Below, in pieces: positions 27,101 through 32,000 of a DNA stretch of 32,000 nucleotides; positions within the stretch are counted from its first letter, which is position 1; each line of letters begins with the position of its first letter. This DNA is from Bacillus subtilis subsp. subtilis str. 168. Lineage in GTDB: Bacteria; Bacillota; Bacilli; Bacillales; Bacillaceae. The notes beneath the pieces are model-generated. The model was not told the origin of the DNA. It searched no databases and was given only the letters and a program-made list of their open reading frames with translations. The position numbers were made by a program, and so were the translations under genes. The stretch is from assembly GCF_000009045.1 (NCBI RefSeq), contig NC_000964.3, forward strand, positions 1,530,001 through 1,562,000, written 5' to 3'.

Positions 27101-27631
27101 CAGGATGCTGTGGCATATGCCCTTTATCCTAAAGTCTTCACTGATTATGTGAAAACGACAGAAAGCTATGGAGACATCTCGGTATTAGATACACCGACAT
27201 TCTTCTACGGTATGACATTAGGTGAAGAGATAGAAGTTGAAATTGAGCGCGGCAAAACGCTGATCGTTAAGCTGATTTCAATCGGTGAGCCTCAGCCTGA
27301 TGCCACCCGCGTCGTTTATTTCGAACTCAACGGGCAGCCGCGTGAAGTAGTCATTAAAGATGAAAGCATTAAGTCTTCCGTTCAGGAAAGGCTGAAAGCA
27401 GACCGGACAAATCCAAGCCACATCGCAGCTTCCATGCCTGGAACAGTTATTAAGGTATTGGCTGAAGCAGGCACAAAAGTCAATAAAGGTGATCATTTGA
27501 TGATTAATGAAGCGATGAAAATGGAAACAACGGTTCAGGCGCCTTTCTCAGGAACAATCAAGCAGGTTCATGTGAAAAATGGTGAGCCGATCCAAACGGG
27601 AGATCTGCTCCTTGAAATTGAAAAAGCATAA
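24185..27631 (+). CDS. pycA: Pyruvate carboxylase, 1148 aa
   Basis: TTG at 24185 lies 6 nt after AAGGGGGAG. The protein has a biotin carboxylase ATP-grasp domain (GGGGRGMR), a carboxyltransferase domain (FRDAHQSL) and a C-terminal biotinyl domain with EAMKME. Confidence 0.97.
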   Translation: MSQQSIQKVLVANRGEIAIRIFRACTELNIRTVAVYSKEDSGSYHRYKADEAYLVGEGKKPIDAYLDIEGIIDIAKRNKVDAIHPGYGFLSENIHFARRCEEEGIVFIGPKSEHLDMFGDKVKAREQAEKAGIPVIPGSDGPAETLEAVEQFGQANGYPIIIKASLGGGGRGMRIVRSESEVKEAYERAKSEAKAAFGNDEVYVEKLIENPKHIEVQVIGDKQGNVVHLFERDCSVQRRHQKVIEVAPSVSLSPELRDQICEAAVALAKNVNYINAGTVEFLVANNEFYFIEVNPRVQVEHTITEMITGVDIVQTQILVAQGHSLHSKKVNIPEQKDIFTIGYAIQSRVTTEDPQNDFMPDTGKIMAYRSGGGFGVRLDTGNSFQGAVITPYYDSLLVKLSTWALTFEQAAAKMVRNLQEFRIRGIKTNIPFLENVAKHEKFLTGQYDTSFIDTTPELFNFPKQKDRGTKMLTYIGNVTVNGFPGIGKKEKPAFDKPLGVKVDVDQQPARGTKQILDEKGAEGLANWVKEQKSVLLTDTTFRDAHQSLLATRIRSHDLKKIANPTAALWPELFSMEMWGGATFDVAYRFLKEDPWKRLEDLRKEVPNTLFQMLLRSSNAVGYTNYPDNVIKEFVKQSAQSGIDVFRIFDSLNWVKGMTLAIDAVRDTGKVAEAAICYTGDILDKNRTKYDLAYYTSMAKELEAAGAHILGIKDMAGLLKPQAAYELVSALKETIDIPVHLHTHDTSGNGIYMYAKAVEAGVDIIDVAVSSMAGLTSQPSASGFYHAMEGNDRRPEMNVQGVELLSQYWESVRKYYSEFESGMKSPHTEIYEHEMPGGQYSNLQQQAKGVGLGDRWNEVKEMYRRVNDMFGDIVKVTPSSKVVGDMALYMVQNNLTEKDVYEKGESLDFPDSVVELFKGNIGQPHGGFPEKLQKLILKGQEPITVRPGELLEPVSFEAIKQEFKEQHNLEISDQDAVAYALYPKVFTDYVKTTESYGDISVLDTPTFFYGMTLGEEIEVEIERGKTLIVKLISIGEPQPDATRVVYFELNGQPREVVIKDESIKSSVQERLKADRTNPSHIAASMPGTVIKVLAEAGTKVNKGDHLMINEAMKMETTVQAPFSGTIKQVHVKNGEPIQTGDLLLEIEKA

Positions 27632-27673
27632 AAAACAAAGAGTGTATATCAATGATATACACTCTTGTTTTTT
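27631..27673 (+). terminator. Intrinsic terminator of pycA
   Basis: The sequence is AAAAACAAAGAGTGTATATC-aat-GATATACACTCTTGTTTTTT, a stem of about 16 bp with one bulge followed by a T-run. Confidence 0.9.
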
Positions 27674-27992
27674 ATATAGAAAATGTGGAGTGAAACAGAT
27701 GGTTAGAAGAGATATAAGGGGACTTCAGAGATTATAGAGTACTGTCACAAGCCCAAAATAAAAAGAGGCTTATACAGCCAATATTTTAGATGCTTTGTAG
27801 TATGCCGTGCATATTTCTTTAAGCACTATCTGATTTAAAAGGCTTTAATACTTATGTTCGCGAGCTATAGATCCATATGAAATTTCTATAATCACGATGA
27901 GAAAGGGGACAGACCGAAGTGAGCCGCTCACTGATCATCAAGTTCGGCGAAGGCTGGCGATTGAAACGCATAAAGCGCCAAAAAACAAGACA

Positions 27993-28027
27993 TAAAAAAG
28001 ACCAAAGCCGCCTAAGGCTTTGGTCTT
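27993..28027 (-). terminator. Intrinsic terminator of ctaA
   Basis: The stem is AGACCAAAGCC-gcctaa-GGCTTTGGTCT. A T-run (TTTTTT) is present only on the minus strand. Confidence 0.85.
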
Positions 28028-28033
28028 GAGTCC

Positions 28034-28954
28034 TTATGATTGCCTGGATTCATAACGGAAACGAGCAATCAATAATAAGAAGTAGCATAGAACGCCAAAC
28101 AGACAGGCAATAAAGAACGAGTGGGCAAGTGCAAAGCCCAGAGCCAGTTCAGAGTATACGATCATAATACCGGACAGTGCCTGTAATGTAATGAAAATAA
28201 GACATGAGATCCATCCCCAAAAGATCTGTTTTTGATCTTTATAGGAAGTAATAGCATGAACAGCGGCAACAATAATCCATACAAATAAAAGTAAGGCTGC
28301 TGCTCTGTGGCCCATTTGCACCCATTCATGGAATTGGGTCGGAAGTCCATTGTTCAGCGGGCTGCACAGCGGCACATTAGGACATGCCAGACTTGATTCA
28401 GTGTGTCTTACATATGCGCCTGTATACACAACGATATAGGAATATATTAAAATTCCTATCATGTGAAATTGCATCTTTTTGCCGATTTGAAGCGGCTTAA
28501 CCAGTGTTCTGACTGATTTATCAGCTTCAAATATGAGCAATGTTAAAATAAGCACTGAAGCAAAAGAAATTAATGAGATGCCGAAGTGAAGCGCCATAAT
28601 CAGCGCGTTCGAACCGAATACGACAGCCAATGCGCCAAGCAATGCCTGAAGAAATAAAAAGATAATTGACATGATCGCGAGAAACGTTGTTTCACGAAAA
28701 ATCGGCGTGATTTTTCTCCATGACCAAAACGCAAGGCTTAGCACAAGGATAATAGAGATTCCGCTTGCGAATCGGTGGCTCCATTCAATAATTGAAGCCG
28801 GATTCAGTTCAGGGAAAAAACGGCCGTGACACAGCGGCCACTGTCTGCCGCATCCTTGGCCGGAACCTGTTTTTGTAACGAGGGCACCCCCGATTAAAAC
28901 AATTAGCATGACAAATGTCGTCAGAACACCGAGAGCTTTTAATGCTTTATTCAT
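28034..28954 (-). CDS. ctaA: Heme A synthase, 306 aa
   Basis: The protein is an 8-TM protein with the two conserved Cys pairs in extracytoplasmic loops (GCGRQWPLC and LACPNVPLC) and conserved His residues. Confidence 0.94.
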
Positions 28955-29308
28955 ACAATATTCACCTTCTTAACATACTGCTGCAATTTTATATACGTTC
29001 CAAGTGTAAGCGAATATGTGTTTTGTGGCAATTCCCAGAGCCTTTTGTTCACAAAAATATAATAGAATGACGGCTTCTGGAAAATGTACACTTGATTATT
29101 CATGCCGGGTCTGATAGAAATAAGGTAAACGCAATGCCGATTTGGAGATTGCCTTCATCTTTGGTAAAATTCATAAAAAGTTCACAAATAAATTCCTGTT
29201 TGTCGTTTAATATTTAATAGGATGTTTTTTTACAAGATGTTATCTTGTATGATAGAGTTGCAGGTTATTTTATTCTCCTGCGTTAGGTTTGTAAGGGAGG
29301 TTTACGTT

Positions 29309-30226
29309 ATGGCTAACTCCAGAATCTTAAATGATACAGCTATAGACGGACAAATTGAAGAAACAACGGCATGGAAAGATTTTCTGTCCCTTATTAAAAT
29401 AGGGATCGTCAATTCTAACCTCATCACGACTTTCACTGGAATGTGGCTTGCACTGCATATATCCGGTTTAAGTTTTTTAGGCAATATAAACACCGTTCTT
29501 CTTACGTTAATCGGGTCTTCACTGATTATTGCGGGCTCCTGCGCGATCAATAACTGGTATGACCGGGACATTGACCATCTTATGGAGCGTACGAAAGTAA
29601 GACCGACGGTTACGGGTAAAATTCAGCCGAGTCAGGCGTTATGGTCTGGAATTTTGCTGGTTGCTTTAGGATTGATCATGCTGCTGATGACAACTGTCAT
29701 GGCTGCTGTTATCGGTTTTATCGGAGTCTTTACGTATGTTGTATTGTACACAATGTGGACGAAACGCCGCTATACGATTAACACAGTAGTAGGAAGCGTT
29801 TCCGGTGCAGTGCCGCCGCTTATTGGATGGACGGCAGTGGAAGGGAATATCGGTGTCGTAGCATGGGTGTTATTCATGATTTTATTTATTTGGCAGATTC
29901 CTCACTTCTTAGCATTGGCTATTAAGAAAACTGAGGATTACAGAGCTGCAAATATTCCGATGCTTCCTGTCGTATACGGATTTGAAGTGACAAAAAGACA
30001 AATTATTGTGTGGGTTGCGTGCCTGATGCCGCTTCCGTTTTTCCTTGGTAGCCTGGGTCTTCCGATTGTCATTCTCGGCTTGCTGTTAAATATCGGCTGG
30101 CTGATTCTTGGCTTAATGGGATTCCGCTCCAAGAATATCATGAAGTGGGCAACGCAGATGTTCGTTTACTCGCTTAACTACATGACAATCTATTTCGTTG
30201 CCATGGTTGTCTTGACGCTTTTCTAA
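29309..30226 (+). CDS. ctaB: Protoheme IX farnesyltransferase (heme O synthase), 305 aa
   Basis: ATG at 29309 lies 8 nt after AAGGGAGG; the 29-codon extension in the ORF track has no SD. The UbiA-family motif NNWYDRDID is present in a polytopic membrane protein. Confidence 0.93.
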   Translation: MANSRILNDTAIDGQIEETTAWKDFLSLIKIGIVNSNLITTFTGMWLALHISGLSFLGNINTVLLTLIGSSLIIAGSCAINNWYDRDIDHLMERTKVRPTVTGKIQPSQALWSGILLVALGLIMLLMTTVMAAVIGFIGVFTYVVLYTMWTKRRYTINTVVGSVSGAVPPLIGWTAVEGNIGVVAWVLFMILFIWQIPHFLALAIKKTEDYRAANIPMLPVVYGFEVTKRQIIVWVACLMPLPFFLGSLGLPIVILGLLLNIGWLILGLMGFRSKNIMKWATQMFVYSLNYMTIYFVAMVVLTLF

Positions 30227-30282
30227 AAAATAGATATGATGCTTGTTTTATCGCTTCAAAATAAACGATGACAACTAGTAAA

Positions 30283-30325
30283 TGCCGCCTTGACCTCTTG
30301 TTTAATCAGGCGGCTTTACTTTTAT
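30283..30325 (+). terminator. Weak or partial terminator-like hairpin after ctaB
   Basis: GCCGCCT (30284-30290) pairs with AGGCGGC (30308-30314) around a 17-nt loop, followed by TTTACTTTTA. The long loop and interrupted T-run suggest read-through at best. Confidence 0.35.
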
Positions 30326-30465
30326 ACATAGATGGCATTTTGAGTAAAAAAACTCATAATTTAAGAGAAGAGGAAATGTAAGTGCTTTATTGGTGATAGG
30401 TTGGATGGCGATAGATTTCGATCCGCTTTCCGCCTTTGTATTGACCAGAAAAGGGGTTGGGTGAA

Positions 30466-31536
30466 ATGGTAAAGCATTGGCGTCTTATTTTATTATTAGC
30501 CTTAGTGCCGCTTCTATTAAGCGGATGTGGAAAACCTTTTTTATCCACGCTCAAGCCTGCTGGCGAGGTGGCTGATAAACAGTATGACCTGACAGTGCTC
30601 AGCACATTGATTATGGTGGTTGTTGTTGCAGTAGTATCTGTTATCTTCTTTTATGTGATTGTGAGATTCAGAAGATCACGGGTCGGTGAGAACACGATAC
30701 CGAAACAGGTAGAGGGGAATAAATTTTTAGAAATCACATGGACCGTGATCCCGATTTTGCTGCTCATTATTCTTGTGATTCCTGTTGTATTATATACGCT
30801 GGAGCTAGCGGACACATCACCAATGGATAAAAAAGGCCGCAAAGCTGAGGATGCTCTTGTAGTCAATGTTAGGGCAAATTTATACTGGTGGGAGTTTGAG
30901 TACCCTGATTACGGCATTATCACAAGCCAGGAGCTGATTGTACCGACAGATCAGCGTGTATATTTTAATTTAAAAGCCTCTGATGTAAAACATTCCTTCT
31001 GGATTCCTTCAGTTGGAGGAAAACTTGATACGAATACGGATAATGAAAATAAGTTCTTCCTGACATTTGATTCAAAACGAAGCAAAGAGGCAGGAGATAT
31101 GTTTTTTGGGAAGTGTGCAGAGCTTTGCGGCCCTTCACATGCGCTGATGGATTTTAAGGTGAAGACGATGTCTGCAAAAGAATTTCAGGGCTGGACAAAA
31201 GAAATGAAGAACTATAAGTCTACAGCAGAGAGCGATTTGGCTAAGCAGGGTGAAGAACTGTTTAAAGAGAAAAACTGCCTGAGCTGCCATGCGGTAGAGC
31301 CGAATGATAAGCGTGCAGAAGCCGCTAGAACGGCACCTAACTTGGCGACCTTCGGTGAAAGGACAAAAGTGGCAGGGGTGAAAGAGGCCAACAAAGAAAA
31401 TGTGAAGGCTTGGCTGAAGGACCCTGACAGCATAAAGCCGGGGAACAAAATGACAGGCACATATCCAAAGCTCTCAGACAGCGAAACAAATGCGCTTTAT
31501 GAATACTTAAAAGGCTTAAAAGCGGAAAGCAAGTAG
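30466..31536 (+). CDS. ctaC: Cytochrome caa3 oxidase subunit II (lipoprotein with CuA centre and a fused cytochrome c domain), 356 aa
   Basis: ATG at 30466 lies 9 nt after AAAGGGG. The lipobox is LLSGC. CuA ligands are HSFWIP and CAELCGPSHALM. The heme c site is CLSCH. Confidence 0.94.
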   Translation: MVKHWRLILLLALVPLLLSGCGKPFLSTLKPAGEVADKQYDLTVLSTLIMVVVVAVVSVIFFYVIVRFRRSRVGENTIPKQVEGNKFLEITWTVIPILLLIILVIPVVLYTLELADTSPMDKKGRKAEDALVVNVRANLYWWEFEYPDYGIITSQELIVPTDQRVYFNLKASDVKHSFWIPSVGGKLDTNTDNENKFFLTFDSKRSKEAGDMFFGKCAELCGPSHALMDFKVKTMSAKEFQGWTKEMKNYKSTAESDLAKQGEELFKEKNCLSCHAVEPNDKRAEAARTAPNLATFGERTKVAGVKEANKENVKAWLKDPDSIKPGNKMTGTYPKLSDSETNALYEYLKGLKAESK

Positions 31537-31568
31537 GGAAGAAAGGGAGATATTGGGGGAGGTCACAT

Positions 31569-32000
31569 ATGTTGAATGCGCTTACAGAAAAGCGGACGCG
31601 CGGATCTATGCTTTGGGATTATTTGACGACGGTGGACCATAAAAAAATCGCAATTCTTTATTTAGTGGCAGGGGGATTCTTCTTTCTTGTCGGGGGAATT
31701 GAAGCGATGTTTATCAGAATTCAGCTTGCAAAGCCGGAAAATGCGTTTCTCAGTGCTCAAGCGTACAATGAAGTAATGACTATGCACGGAACGACGATGA
31801 TCTTTCTGGCTGCGATGCCGCTCTTATTTGCCTTGATGAATGCGGTTGTGCCTTTGCAGATCGGGGCTCGGGACGTTTCGTTTCCATTTTTAAACGCGCT
31901 TGGTTTTTGGCTCTTCTTTTTCGGGGGCATTTTCTTAAATCTAAGCTGGTTTTTGGGCGGAGCGCCAGATGCGGGCTGGACATCATATGCCTCACTTTCG
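31569..32000 (+). CDS. ctaD: Cytochrome caa3 oxidase subunit I, N-terminal 144 codons (3' end outside the window)
   Basis: This gene is not in the ORF track because no stop falls within the window. ATG at 31569 lies 5 nt after GGGGGAGGT. Hand translation: MLNALTEKRTRGSMLWDYLTTVDHKKIAILYLVAGGFFFLVGGIEAMFIRIQLAKPEN...MTMHGTTMIFLAAMP, typical of COX1. Confidence 0.92.
   Translation, partial: MLNALTEKRTRGSMLWDYLTTVDHKKIAILYLVAGGFFFLVGGIEAMFIRIQLAKPENAFLSAQAYNEVMTMHGTTMIFLAAMPLLFALMNAVVPLQIGARDVSFPFLNALGFWLFFFGGIFLNLSWFLGGAPDAGWTSYASLS

Noticed and set aside
29005-29018. A cre-like element, TGTAAGCGAATATG, in the ctaA-ctaB control region.
   Set aside because: The left half matches TGWAANCG perfectly, but the right half has 3 mismatches to NTNWCA. 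It is too weak to call without binding data.
507-30465. Longer N-terminal extensions offered by the ORF track for pdhC (507), speA (5775), yktA (5927), ykzI (7056), yktD (9741), ylaC (14058), ylaF (16017), ylaL (21333), ftsW (22869), ctaB (29222) and ctaC (30457).
   Set aside because: In each case an internal ATG, GTG or TTG lies 5-9 nt downstream of a good Shine-Dalgarno sequence, while the upstream start has none or overlaps the SD. The shorter proteins also match the N-termini I recall for the B. subtilis proteins.
30387-30605. A 72-aa minus-strand ORF across the ctaC start.
   Set aside because: It is antisense to the ctaC SD, start codon and signal peptide, and has no SD.
1-32000. An apparently high number of non-ATG starts (10 of 31 CDS whose start codon lies in the window): pdhC, nprE, typA and ylaJ use GTG; speA, ylaA, ylaH, ylaK, ylaN and pycA use TTG.
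   Set aside because: B. subtilis is known to use TTG and GTG for roughly a fifth of its genes. With this sample size the excess is not meaningful.
1-32000. A search for a mobile element, prophage, defence island, CRISPR array or toxin-antitoxin pair.
   Set aside because: I saw no integrase, transposase or recombinase genes, no long direct or inverted repeats, no spaced repeat array, and no compositional break visible by eye. Gene order is the conserved core-genome order. Only ylaK (PIN-PhoH) loosely resembles a toxin-like domain, and it has no partner antitoxin.

Overview
From the protein sequences I recognise this window as Bacillus subtilis 168-type core chromosome; no identity was computed. 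It runs from the 3' end of pdhB through pdhC-pdhD, slp, the sr1 small-RNA locus, speA, yktA/yktB/ykzI/yktC(suhB)/ykzC/yktD and nprE. It continues through the ylaABCD ECF-sigma operon, ylaE-ylaN (including typA/bipA, PIN-PhoH ylaK, glutaminase ylaM/glsA2 and ylaN), ftsW and pycA. It ends in the heme A / cytochrome caa3 cluster (ctaA, ctaB, ctaC and the 5' part of ctaD).

I support 33 protein-coding genes. Two are absent from the ORF track: the 39-codon SR1P peptide inside the SR1 sRNA, and the stop-less ctaD fragment at the window edge. I also call one sRNA, about 15 intrinsic terminators (several bidirectional between convergent genes) and a few promoter candidates. Eleven ORF-track entries are over-extended at the 5' end, and I re-placed those starts using Shine-Dalgarno spacing.

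There are no rRNA or tRNA genes, CRISPR arrays, transposases, integrases, phage genes or obvious foreign islands. I found no convincing evidence for a wholly new system.

The least-explained biology is the ylaABCD module. YlaB looks by eye like a cysteine-less paralogue of the zinc anti-sigma YlaD. Neither protein has an extracytoplasmic domain, and the large membrane protein YlaA may be the sensor. Smaller items:
- the three 45-residue repeats in secreted YlaE
- the terminator-less 3-nt convergent junction between ylaK and ylaL
- two unexplained non-coding gaps (ylaE-ylaF and pycA-ctaA)
- a perfect palindrome upstream of ctaB
- a stem-loop plus candidate internal promoter between pdhB and pdhC
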